From the NCBI GenBank assembly GCA_963717365.1, contig OY970327.1, forward strand, positions 139,599-203,598: DNA of 64,000 nucleotides. The letters are read 5' to 3'. The DNA comes from Candidatus Saccharimonadia bacterium. Its GTDB lineage: Bacteria; Patescibacteriota; Saccharimonadia; Saccharimonadales; 2-12-FULL-41-12. Shown here piece by piece: positions 45,952 to 58,813 of the stretch. The notes beneath the pieces are model-generated. The model saw only the letters and a list, made by a program, of their open reading frames with translations, was not told where the DNA came from and ran no database searches. Position 1 is the first letter of the stretch. The number at the start of each line of letters is the position of its first letter. The position numbers and the translations under genes are program-made.

Positions 45952-46824
45952 ATGTACTCAAACATAGCCGCGAATAAACGCAAAACCGTATATATTTTCA
46001 TATTTTTTATCCTGCTGGTTGGCGGTCTTGGCTACCTTGTTGCTGCTTATTTAGGACATCCGGTAATTACGCCGTTTATTCTGGTAGGTGCCTTAATTTA
46101 TGCGATGGTTACCTACTACTCAGGGGCCAAGATGGCCTTGGCTGTGAATGGTGCCCAAGAAATACAGAAAAAAGACAACCCGCGTCTGTACCGAATTGTT
46201 GAAAACTTAGCTATTACTAACGGTTTGCCTATGCCTAAGGTATATATCATGCAAGACCCGGCACCAAACGCGTTTGCAACTGGCCGCGATCCTAAGCATT
46301 CAGCCGTTTGTGCCACCACTGGCTTGCTAGATATTATGACCGATACTGAACTAGAGGGCGTTATGGCCCACGAGCTAGGTCATGTTAAAAACTATGATAT
46401 CCGCGTATCAATGTATGCTTTCGCGTTGGTAGCAGTTATTTCACTTTTAGCTGACGTCATTTTACACATGACTTTCTTTAGTAATAACGATAATCGCAAT
46501 CCTTACGTCTTGGTGTTGGCCATAGTCGCTATTATTATCGCTCCGATAGCCGCTGGCTTAACTCAGGCCGCTATTTCACGTAAACGGGAATATCTTGCTG
46601 ACGCTACCGGTGCCTTAACTACCCGCTATCCGGAAGGTCTGGCCAGCGCACTTGAGAAGATTGGCCAGTACGGCGGTGGGACGTTGAAAAAGCAAAATTC
46701 TTCGACTGCTCACTTATTTTTTGCTAATCCGCTTAAAAAAGGTTCGTTCACTGCTATGTTCAGCACACATCCACCGCTTGAAGAGCGGGTACGTGTCTTA
46801 AGAGATATGGGCAGAAGCGAATAA
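45952..46824 (+). CDS. htpX: M48 zinc metalloprotease HtpX-like
   Basis: HELGHVKNYD, 4 TM segments. Confidence 0.8.
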   Translation: MYSNIAANKRKTVYIFIFFILLVGGLGYLVAAYLGHPVITPFILVGALIYAMVTYYSGAKMALAVNGAQEIQKKDNPRLYRIVENLAITNGLPMPKVYIMQDPAPNAFATGRDPKHSAVCATTGLLDIMTDTELEGVMAHELGHVKNYDIRVSMYAFALVAVISLLADVILHMTFFSNNDNRNPYVLVLAIVAIIIAPIAAGLTQAAISRKREYLADATGALTTRYPEGLASALEKIGQYGGGTLKKQNSSTAHLFFANPLKKGSFTAMFSTHPPLEERVRVLRDMGRSE

Positions 46825-46841
46825 GTCGTACTGAATAAGCA

Positions 46842-49813
<2,972 letters not shown>

Positions 49814-49837
49814 TTTAATGATTCGTTAATCTTTTGT

Positions 49838-50554
49838 TTGTACCTTGGGGGTATGTACACGCTAGCATTAAAGAAAAAAATCAGAAACCTCAGATCTAGC
49901 GGCTTTATGTATGCTGAAATTCAGCTTGAAGTTAATAGAAAAATCCCCAGAAGTTCACTGAATTATATCTGTAAAGGCATAGTCCTTTCCGATGAACAAA
50001 AAATACGCGTTGACGGTGTGGCCAAAGCTGGTCTGGTACGAGCTAGAAAAAAAGCACTAATCGTTAATAAGGCAATTTTCGATGCAAAAATTGCACAATA
50101 CAGAAAAAATAATCAAAATTTAAGGATCTTTATGCAGTCTCGAGAGGCTAAACTTGTTGCGCTTGCTATTCTTTATCTTGGAGAAGGGGCAAAATGGCAA
50201 GGTCATAGAGGTTTACATTTGGGTAGTACCAGCCCGCAGATTATACAACTTTATATACGGCTGCTGAATGATTACTTTGGGGTTGAAGTAAATAGTATGA
50301 AAGGTCGTATCCAGCATAGAGCCGACCAGAATCCCAATGAACTACTTAATTATTGGTCAAAAATAACAGGTATTAACGGAAGTAATTTTTATCCTTCTTA
50401 TTTCGATAAACGTACCGTAGGCAAGCCTACAGAAAAAGCTAACTACATGGGAGTATGTAAGATTAGTTGTGCTGGTGCTCATTTCCAACTTGAGCTAGCA
50501 GAAATTGCTGATATCATATATGAGTCGGTTTGGGGCATTGGCGCAGCTGGCTAG
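49838..50554 (+). CDS. LAGLIDADG-type homing-endonuclease-like protein
   Basis: LAILYLGEGAK motif. The 3' end overlaps tRNA-Ala by 23 nt. Confidence 0.5.
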   Translation: MYLGGMYTLALKKKIRNLRSSGFMYAEIQLEVNRKIPRSSLNYICKGIVLSDEQKIRVDGVAKAGLVRARKKALIVNKAIFDAKIAQYRKNNQNLRIFMQSREAKLVALAILYLGEGAKWQGHRGLHLGSTSPQIIQLYIRLLNDYFGVEVNSMKGRIQHRADQNPNELLNYWSKITGINGSNFYPSYFDKRTVGKPTEKANYMGVCKISCAGAHFQLELAEIADIIYESVWGIGAAG

Positions 50555-50608
50555 CGCGCTTCCGTGGCACGGAAGAGGTCATCGGTTCGAGTCCGATATG
50601 CTCCACCA
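50532..50608 (+). tRNA. tRNA-Ala(GGC)
   Basis: Acceptor ggggcat/atgctcc with G3:U70, anticodon loop gtGGCac, CCA. Confidence 0.85.
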
Positions 50609-50638
50609 TTTGTAGTAAATAGTTGTATAATACGCCCG

Positions 50639-52000
50639 ATGACTGAGTTGAGTTCTGATTGGTGGATGTCTGAGGCAACGGCCTTACGGGCACCGAAACA
50701 AGAGATAGGTGACTATGTAGAGTCGCAAGGCTTTGATGTGCCTCGACGTTTTGGCACGTTAGACGAAGCCCTTGACGTAGTTCGAGCTGATGGAGGCATT
50801 GTCATTCGTAGCGAACACCGCGAAGAGTATGATGGTCCGAGCGGCCTCTTGCAGACATATGTTATAGACGAACGCTCAGCAGATGATAGCACACGGGTAT
50901 TTGAGCAATATGGCAATTTTGATATTGATGAAGAAGTCTACGCCTCTCAAAATCGTTGTGCGGTTACCGCCTGGAGACAAGGCGACGGCCCAGGCTATCG
51001 CACGATGGCAGATGTTGTTTTAGGAGTAGCACTAAACACCCCGACAGACCTCACTATCCAGAGACTTATGCAGCTTACCAGTCAAGAATATATGGTGCGC
51101 CGCTATGCCCATCTGACAGACCGTGAGGTGCCAGAACTTATGCAAGAAGCTCAATTTTCGTTCTGGGAACATATACCAGGTAGTAATGTGACTGTTATTG
51201 CAGATAGCGCCATTGATGACCGTTACCATGTTTTAGCTAACAGCCCGAAACGGAAAAATATGCCGAGCTATTGCGGATGGCAAATTGCCGACGAGAGAGG
51301 TAACTCCATGATAGGCACAGAGAATGACAATGTCTTGACCCCCGAAGCTACAGAAAACTTAATAAAGACTTATGAAGCCATCCGGAATTTGCCACGCTTC
51401 GCTTCCGAACATTGCCCAATTATGGAGTTACAGTTAGACGAAAAAGGTCAAATCTGGTTTTTACAGTACCATAGAGCTCGAGACTTCCAAGCGGCAGGCG
51501 CTCCTCTCAATCCTGATGATTTTTCAGCCAAGGAAGGCTGGCAAAAAGTTGATGGTGTTCGGGGCGCTATCGATACTCCTAGCACGCTCAAGACAGCGCT
51601 TTGGTATCCTGACCATTATGGCTCCCGAAGGCGTGTGGCTAGACAGCTTCCTGAAGTTGAAGAGGGCTCAGCCGACTGGCATTATGACTGGTCATTAAGT
51701 GAAATATTATCCCGTCGTCGTCTAGGTTATATTGCTCAAGATAGCTATGCGAGGCACTACGACACAATGGCTGCCGCTCATGCTGCCCGTAGCAAATGGT
51801 TTAAGCCACTCGTAGCTGTTGCCTGCAACGATAGAGGCTTAGAAAATCTTATTCCAAAGATGGTCAAGAAAGAAATACTAAATACTGTTTATAGAGAAGG
51901 TGATTTCTCCCAAGTAGTTATAGACCTGGCCGCCGATGGTAATACTGGATATGTACGCCTCAATCCCGACAGCGAACAGCCATATTACGAGGCGTACTAG
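50639..52000 (+). CDS. Hypothetical protein
   Basis: ATG at 50639 chosen because the longer ORF start lies inside the tRNA. Confidence 0.5.
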   Translation: MTELSSDWWMSEATALRAPKQEIGDYVESQGFDVPRRFGTLDEALDVVRADGGIVIRSEHREEYDGPSGLLQTYVIDERSADDSTRVFEQYGNFDIDEEVYASQNRCAVTAWRQGDGPGYRTMADVVLGVALNTPTDLTIQRLMQLTSQEYMVRRYAHLTDREVPELMQEAQFSFWEHIPGSNVTVIADSAIDDRYHVLANSPKRKNMPSYCGWQIADERGNSMIGTENDNVLTPEATENLIKTYEAIRNLPRFASEHCPIMELQLDEKGQIWFLQYHRARDFQAAGAPLNPDDFSAKEGWQKVDGVRGAIDTPSTLKTALWYPDHYGSRRRVARQLPEVEEGSADWHYDWSLSEILSRRRLGYIAQDSYARHYDTMAAAHAARSKWFKPLVAVACNDRGLENLIPKMVKKEILNTVYREGDFSQVVIDLAADGNTGYVRLNPDSEQPYYEAY

Positions 52001-52113
52001 TCCGAGAGCTAGACTGTGGGTAGGCTCAGTTTTAAAAATATCCATCAAGTTCATTATATTTGCAAATTGATTACGGGAACCGCTGAGCGGTTCTTTTTGC
52101 TATAGTATCGGTA

Positions 52114-53229
52114 ATGAACAAGTCAAAACAAATAGTGGAGCAATTGTTAGCGTCGGGCGGCATAACAGTTAACGGTAACCAACCATTTGATATCCAGGTT
52201 CATGATGATCGATTTTACAAACGAGCGCTCGCCGACCGTGAAGTCGGTATCGGCGAATCCTATATGGATGGTTGGTGGACCAGTCGGCAGCTGGACGAGA
52301 CAGTCTCACGGTTACTCAGCGTCAATGTTCGTGAAGCCTTAAAACTTTCACCTTCTCTGGCTAAGACAGTTATTCTAGCAAATTTAACAAATCCTCAAAA
52401 TACCAACAAGGCATACAAAAACGCCTCAGCTCATTACGACATAGGAAATGATCTGTACGAACGTATGCTCGATCCCCTCATGATCTATAGCTGTGGTTAC
52501 TGGCAAAATGCTCAAACACTCGAAGATTCCCAGACTGCAAAACTTGACCGGATTTGCAAAAAACTACATCTCGAAAAAGGCATGACACTTCTGGATATTG
52601 GCTGTGGGTGGGGTGGGTTTAGTAAGTTCGCGGCAGAAAATTACGACGTCAAAGTAACCGGTATATCACCTGCCGCAGAACAAGTTAAGCTTGCTAAACA
52701 ACGCACAAAACATCTTGAAATAGAAATTTTGCAAAAGGATTTTAGGGAAATTACCGGAAAGTATGACCGCATCGTTTCAATTGGAATGCTGGAGCATGTT
52801 GGTCCTAAGAATTATCAAAAATTCTTTGAACTTTGCAACCAACATTTGAACGATGACGGTAGTATGCTCCATCATACGATTGGAAATATTCGCTCAACAA
52901 AGGCTGTAGACCCATGGACAAACAAATATATTTTTCCTGGCGGCGTAATTCCCTCCCTTACACAAATTTCTCAAGCCATAGAGGGTCTTCTTATCATAGA
53001 AGATTTGGAAAATTTTGGACCCGACTACGATAAAACACTTGTTGCCTGGTATGAAAACTTCAAAAGACATTACCCTGAAATCAAGGATAAATATGATCAA
53101 AGATTTTATCGAATGTGGGAATATTATTTGCTATCGTGCGCCGGAGCATTTAGAGCTAGAAAACTACAGTTGTGGCAGATAGTATTTACCAAGATAAGAC
53201 CTTCAGAAAAATATATTCCATATCGTTAA
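52114..53229 (+). CDS. cfa: Cyclopropane-fatty-acyl-phospholipid synthase family methyltransferase
   Basis: HYDIGNDLY, LLDIGCGWGGF, SIGMLEHVG. Confidence 0.8.
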   Translation: MNKSKQIVEQLLASGGITVNGNQPFDIQVHDDRFYKRALADREVGIGESYMDGWWTSRQLDETVSRLLSVNVREALKLSPSLAKTVILANLTNPQNTNKAYKNASAHYDIGNDLYERMLDPLMIYSCGYWQNAQTLEDSQTAKLDRICKKLHLEKGMTLLDIGCGWGGFSKFAAENYDVKVTGISPAAEQVKLAKQRTKHLEIEILQKDFREITGKYDRIVSIGMLEHVGPKNYQKFFELCNQHLNDDGSMLHHTIGNIRSTKAVDPWTNKYIFPGGVIPSLTQISQAIEGLLIIEDLENFGPDYDKTLVAWYENFKRHYPEIKDKYDQRFYRMWEYYLLSCAGAFRARKLQLWQIVFTKIRPSEKYIPYR

Positions 53230-53278
53230 AGACGGGCAGCTATATTCGTTGCACGTCGAAGCGTAGTACAATACATCT

Positions 53279-54235
53279 ATGAAAAATTCCATTTCCCGAT
53301 CCGGTGCCAAAATCAAAAGTGTAAATACACAAAAAACAGGCGCAAAACTAAGTTTTGGTCAATCAATCTTTTTATTGGTGGTTGCCAGCGTTGGCTTACT
53401 TGGCGGTAGTGGTTGGTACTGGTACCAGAGTGTCTTTACTGACCCTCAGCGAATTTTGAGCGATATGCTGGATAAAAGTATGCAAACTTCTAGTGTCTAT
53501 CGGACGGTCAGCCAGGCGAGTGACGATAGCAGAGTCAATCAATCAGTTTATTTGGCATTCACTCCTGTTACCGCCGCACAATCAAGTACTAAACTTGAAG
53601 AAAGATCTAACGATGGGGCGATTACCTCTGTGACCACCGAAACTATCGGTACAGCATCAACTGACTTCGTGCGGTATTCCGCCGTTAATATATCCGGAAA
53701 GAATGCTGACCAAAATTTTGAAAGTGTCCTGAACACTTGGGGCAAGCGGGAAACAGATCTGGAAACGGGCCAGCAAGTTTCCTTTCTAAATGACGCACTT
53801 TTTGTGGTTGTACCGTTTGGTAACCTTAACTCGCAGCAACGGGCTGATCTGAAACAAGAAATTCGTAACGTAAAGCTTTACGATAATTCTCAAGTTCAGA
53901 CAGATTTCAAAAACGGCCGCCCAACAACTAGCTATGATATTAATTTGGAGCCCAGTGCCTTGGTACGAGTACTGGCAAAGTACGTTAAATTAACAGGGGC
54001 GGGCGCTATGTCAGAACTTAACCCAGAGCAATATGAAGGTGCCCCTCCGATTCAGGTAAAAATTGAAGTTGATATGTTATCGCGACACATTAATTCAATA
54101 GCCTTTTCAGGTAGTGGTCGTCTAGAAACTTACAAAGGCTATAACGCAAAGCGTGAAATAACACTTCCTGCCCAAACCATCAGCGTAGATGAGTTGCAGG
54201 AACGTTTGACCAAAGTTGAAGAACAGCTGCAGTAA
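53279..54235 (+). CDS. Membrane-anchored hypothetical protein
   Basis: 318-aa ORF with one N-terminal TM segment. Confidence 0.5.
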   Translation: MKNSISRSGAKIKSVNTQKTGAKLSFGQSIFLLVVASVGLLGGSGWYWYQSVFTDPQRILSDMLDKSMQTSSVYRTVSQASDDSRVNQSVYLAFTPVTAAQSSTKLEERSNDGAITSVTTETIGTASTDFVRYSAVNISGKNADQNFESVLNTWGKRETDLETGQQVSFLNDALFVVVPFGNLNSQQRADLKQEIRNVKLYDNSQVQTDFKNGRPTTSYDINLEPSALVRVLAKYVKLTGAGAMSELNPEQYEGAPPIQVKIEVDMLSRHINSIAFSGSGRLETYKGYNAKREITLPAQTISVDELQERLTKVEEQLQ

Positions 54236-54295
54236 AATAACCACGGTAGTCCGATGTTTAGAAACCGTTAAACTCCTATATACTGATATATATCT

Positions 54296-55066
54296 ATGCA
54301 AATTATCGTTGAGAAACTTCTCACCAATTACTCACTCGTTGGGAGCGGCCCCAAAACCATTCTTTTTTTACATGGATGGGCTGATAATGCGCAGTCGTTT
54401 CAAGAGCTGGCAACAGAGTTAAATAAAACGGGGGATTACCAGGCCATATTGATTGATTTGCCCGGCTTTGGCGGTACACAAACACCAGATACAGCTTGGG
54501 ATCTACCGGATTATGCTGTTTTCTTGGCAGGTTTTTTAAAAAAAATAAACAAACGACCATCGATAATTATTGCCCATTCTAATGGCGGAGCTATTGCAAT
54601 CAATGGATTGGCAAATAATGTCATAAGCACAGATAAGCTAATTTTAATCGGCTCAGCCGGTATTAGAAGTAGCAGCTCAAAAAAACAAGCGCTGCGCCTG
54701 CTTGCTAAACCAGCTAAATTGGCGATCAAAGCAGCACCAAAGGCAACCCAAAAACGAATCAAACAAAAACTTTACTCAGCAATCGGGTCGGATTATTTAA
54801 TTGCCGACCACATGCTGGATACATTTAAGCGCATCGTCGCTTACGACGTCCGCACAGAAGCAGCTCACGTTACTGTGCCGGTTTGCTTAATTTATGGAGA
54901 AGATGATCAGTCTACGCCGCTGTCTTACGGCAAGGCGTTTGCGGAAATAATGCCGCATGCAACACTGCACATCATTCCCTTGGCCGCCCATTTTGTTCAC
55001 CATGAACAGCTCTACAAAGTGGCGCGCATAAGTAGTAAATTTATGGCTGAAACGGATGGTTCATGA
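54296..55066 (+). CDS. Alpha/beta hydrolase
   Basis: LHGW, nucleophile elbow AHSNGG. Confidence 0.7.
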   Translation: MQIIVEKLLTNYSLVGSGPKTILFLHGWADNAQSFQELATELNKTGDYQAILIDLPGFGGTQTPDTAWDLPDYAVFLAGFLKKINKRPSIIIAHSNGGAIAINGLANNVISTDKLILIGSAGIRSSSSKKQALRLLAKPAKLAIKAAPKATQKRIKQKLYSAIGSDYLIADHMLDTFKRIVAYDVRTEAAHVTVPVCLIYGEDDQSTPLSYGKAFAEIMPHATLHIIPLAAHFVHHEQLYKVARISSKFMAETDGS

Positions 55067-56475
55067 AACGCTACCTGACTTTTTTTCATCCCAAGTTGCC
55101 TATATTTCTTGTTTACATGTTGCAGCAAGTTGAATATAACCCTCACAAATTCTTACGTTGGGTAATGAGGGTATCAGATATTAGTAAGGTCATGCATCGC
55201 CAAAAACTGGTCTGGACGCTGAAAGCCCGCCTACTGGTACTAGTAATTGGTTTTCTGTGGTTAATTTATATTGCGTTAAGCGTCATAAATCTTATCCTGA
55301 ATCCATTGGCTGGCCTGTTGACCGCGCTGGTGTCGCCATTTATTCTGGCGCTGCTTACTTACTTGATGGTCTTAACGGCTTGGCTGTATATTGAAGAGCC
55401 GCGCCGTAGCAGCTTAATCAGGCGTGCTACAAAGGATTTTAAAGCCCATCCGGCCATAAAAATTGCCATCACTGGTAGTTACGGAAAAACTACAATGAAG
55501 GAATTGCTCCATATCGTACTGTCCGAAGGGCGGAATGTGGCCGCCACGCCAGGTAACCGAAATGTGCCAATTAGTCATGCGGCCTGGATTCAGAAGCTGA
55601 GCGGTGAAGAAGATATTTTATTGGTTGAATACGGCGAAGGTGCCCCTGGCGATATCAAAAAACTGGCTAAATTGAGTCAGCCGAAATTCGGCATTATTAC
55701 TGGTTTGGCTCCAAATCACCTGGGTGAATACAAGAGCTTGGACGCAGTTGCCAAAGATTTGCTAACATTAACTGATTTTGTTGAGGACGGTAGACTGTTT
55801 ATTAATGCTGATTCGGCGGCTTTTAAGAAATATGATACTCACGATACGACACCATATTCCAGTACTGCTGCACTTGGCTGGTCAATTAGCCGCGCCGCCG
55901 TAAATTATGAAGGTACTTCCTTTGTAATGAAAAAAGGAAACCTGACCATCAAAGTTATCAGTGGCTTACTGGGGGCGCATCAAGTAGGCCCGCTAGCCTT
56001 ATCTGCTGCCCTGGCTGACCGCCTTGGTCTGTCAATAAAGCAAATTGAAGCTGGTTTAGCTAAAACCAAAGCCTTTGAGCATCGCATGCAGGCTCGTCAC
56101 CTGCACGGTGCTTGGATCATTGACGATACTTACAACGGCAGCCTAGAAGGCTTGAGGGCAGGTCTAGAGTTGATGCAGGCACTTCCTGCAAAGCGCAAAA
56201 TCTATGTCACGCCAGGACTGGTTGACCAAGGTCATGAAACCGAGCGGGTTCATTTAGAAATTGGCGAACTGATTGGCAAAGCTAATCCTGAGCGAGCGGT
56301 ATTGATGCAAAATTCGACCACCCAATACATTATCAAAGGTATTGAAAATACCAATTATCAAGGCGATCTCCAGATCCAAGCCGATCCGCTGGCATTTTAT
56401 ACAAATCTAGAACACGTGGTCGCCGCCGGTGATTTAGTGGTGATGCAAAATGACTGGACCGATAATTATAGTTAA
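55063..56475 (+). CDS. Mur ligase family protein (MurF-like)
   Basis: ITGSYGKTTMKE P-loop, adjacent to ddl. Confidence 0.6.
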   Translation: MKRYLTFFHPKLPIFLVYMLQQVEYNPHKFLRWVMRVSDISKVMHRQKLVWTLKARLLVLVIGFLWLIYIALSVINLILNPLAGLLTALVSPFILALLTYLMVLTAWLYIEEPRRSSLIRRATKDFKAHPAIKIAITGSYGKTTMKELLHIVLSEGRNVAATPGNRNVPISHAAWIQKLSGEEDILLVEYGEGAPGDIKKLAKLSQPKFGIITGLAPNHLGEYKSLDAVAKDLLTLTDFVEDGRLFINADSAAFKKYDTHDTTPYSSTAALGWSISRAAVNYEGTSFVMKKGNLTIKVISGLLGAHQVGPLALSAALADRLGLSIKQIEAGLAKTKAFEHRMQARHLHGAWIIDDTYNGSLEGLRAGLELMQALPAKRKIYVTPGLVDQGHETERVHLEIGELIGKANPERAVLMQNSTTQYIIKGIENTNYQGDLQIQADPLAFYTNLEHVVAAGDLVVMQNDWTDNYS

Positions 56476-56531
56476 TTGTATGCCTTAATTGTATTATTGA
56501 ATTGTAATGCAGTTAATGATACGCTTATGGC

Positions 56532-57702
56532 ATGAAAACAATCGCAGTTATTTTTGGAGGACGCTCAACCGAGCACGATGTATCAGTTGTTACAGCGCTT
56601 GCGAGTATTGTCAAGCCGCTCGAACTTACCAAACAATATAAAGTCGAGGCGGTTTACATTGCAAAAGACGGTGCCTGGTATTGGGATGACAAATTAAAAG
56701 ATATTTTACTGTTCAGCTCTGGCCAGATTCAGGACTTTCTACATAAGACGCAGCCAGTCAGTGTGCAGTTTGACGGCGGTATGACACTGGTTAAAGCCAG
56801 CGGTATCGCCGGCCGCAAAACTGCCCGTCAGGTCGATATTGTATTCCCGGCCACCCATGGTACCTATGGAGAAGACGGCAGCTTAATGGGCTTGCTTAGA
56901 ATGGCCAACGTGCCGTTTGTTGGCTGCGATATGGATGCCAGCGTACTGGCAATGGATAAAGTCCTCGCCAAGTTAATTGTTGAGTCGCATGGCATTGCAA
57001 CACCAACCATGCAATTTGCCATCAAATCAGAATACTCGCGTCAGCCGCATCATTTTATAAAAGCCATCGAAGATAAGCTCGCCTACCCGTTATTTGTAAA
57101 ACCTGCCCACCTAGGTTCCAGTATCGGAATTGCTCAAGTAACAAATGCAAAAGATTTGGAAAATGCTCTGGAAGTAGCCTTTCACTACGACCAAAAAGTG
57201 TTAGTAGAAGAAGGCGGTCGGCAACTTGATTGAGGTGACCTTGCCCATTTTAGGCAATGACCAGCCCCGGCCGGCACTGCTAGAGCGTCCCATGACACAG
57301 CCAGAAGACTTCTTTGATTTTGAAACTAAATATATGCAGGGTGGTAAAAAAGGCGGCAAGAAGGGCGGTGGCATTAAGGGTGCTCAAGGCTACAGCGAAT
57401 TACCGGCTGATTTAGATGAAGATTTATATAAAAAAGCCGAACAAATCGGCCTTGATGTCTATAAGGCGTTGGGCTGCAGCGGTACAGCAAGAGTCGACTT
57501 GCTGATAGATAGCAGTACCAAAACTATATACTTTAACGAGGTAAACCCATTGCCTGGTAGTCTCTACGCCCATAATTGGCGCGCTGCGGGCGTGTCAAGT
57601 GTCGAGCTGGTGGAAACCCTGGTTCGGCTGGCAGAAGAGCGCTGGCAGCACCAGCAGCGTCAGAATACGGTCTTTTCTACCAACTATTTGCAGCAATTCT
57701 AG
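56532..57702 (+). pseudogene. ddl: D-alanine--D-alanine ligase split by a 1-nt frameshift near 57212-57233
   Basis: N-terminal part (56532-57233) ends VLVEEGGRQLD*. The continuation LIEVTLPILGN... (to 57702) is in another frame. Confidence 0.7.
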
Positions 57703-57705
57703 ATT

Positions 57706-58641
57706 ATGAAGCTGGAATTAGAAAAGACAGAAGTCTTTTTCAGAACTGATTTCGTGCCCTTTAATCAAGCTAATGTAAGCGTAGCTAGCTCGCCAGTATT
57801 GTATGGTCTGTCGGTTTATACCGTGTTTCCAGTTTGCTGGGATGTTCAGGCTCAAAAACTGTACATGTACCGTCTAAAAGATCATTATAAACGGCTGATA
57901 AGTTCCGCCAAGATTATGGACTTTCATAGCTTTGCTGAAGAGTGGAGCTATGAAAAATTTGAAAAGACGATGAACCAGCTGCTAACGCGTAACAATGTAC
58001 AGGAGGACGCGCTAGTACGCGTAACAATTTTTATTGATGAACTATGCGCTGGTACTAAAATCCATGGGCTAAATAATTCTGTGAGCGCTTATGTCTACCC
58101 ACTGGGCGAAATTTTGCCGCGCTCTGGCATACATGCTTGCGTTTCCAGCTGGCAGCGGACGCCTGACAATAGCCTGCCTTCACGGGCTAAAATCAACGGC
58201 AGCTACGTTAATGCCAGTTTAATGAAAAACGAGGCGCTGCTCAATGGTTATGACGAAGCAATTGCCCTCGATCAGCACGGGCATGTCAGCGAGGGCACAG
58301 TCGCCAATCTATTTATTGTAAGAGATGGCATGCTCGTAACTCCGGCCGATTCAAGTGATGTGTTAGAGGGAATTACCAGGCGCAGTGTATTGGAGATAGC
58401 CGGCTCGCTGGAGTTAACGTGTGATAGACGAAGTATTGACCGCAGCGAACTCTATATGGCGGACGAAGTCTTTATGTGCGGTAGCAGTGCTTGCATTACA
58501 CCAGTCTTATCAATTGATAAACGGCCGGTAGGTGATGGCCAAGCCGGGGAGTTGACAAAGCGACTATTAAAAGTCTACGAATCAATTCAATATGGTCATA
58601 ATCCAGACTTTAAGCACTGGTTACAGGAAGTTGACTGGTAG
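57706..58641 (+). CDS. Class IV aminotransferase (D-amino-acid/branched-chain type)
   Basis: EGTVANLFIV and the overall class IV pattern. Confidence 0.7.
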   Translation: MKLELEKTEVFFRTDFVPFNQANVSVASSPVLYGLSVYTVFPVCWDVQAQKLYMYRLKDHYKRLISSAKIMDFHSFAEEWSYEKFEKTMNQLLTRNNVQEDALVRVTIFIDELCAGTKIHGLNNSVSAYVYPLGEILPRSGIHACVSSWQRTPDNSLPSRAKINGSYVNASLMKNEALLNGYDEAIALDQHGHVSEGTVANLFIVRDGMLVTPADSSDVLEGITRRSVLEIAGSLELTCDRRSIDRSELYMADEVFMCGSSACITPVLSIDKRPVGDGQAGELTKRLLKVYESIQYGHNPDFKHWLQEVDW

Positions 58642-58813
58642 CGTTTGTGCTTTTCTGGCAAAGGGTGCTATAGTTTATGACTATGAAACGTGCCACGGCC
58701 CTAGCAGCCCTCACCACACTTATTCTACTCGCCCAGTAGGGCACTTTTACGTATACTAGATATATCTCTACTAATTTTTCCGCATATCCTATTGCAAAAG
58801 GACCTTTATTTCA

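Noticed and set aside
50564-50638. N-terminal 25 codons of ORF 50564-52000
   Set aside because: This stretch lies within and just after tRNA-Ala. The internal ATG at 50639 is the more plausible start.
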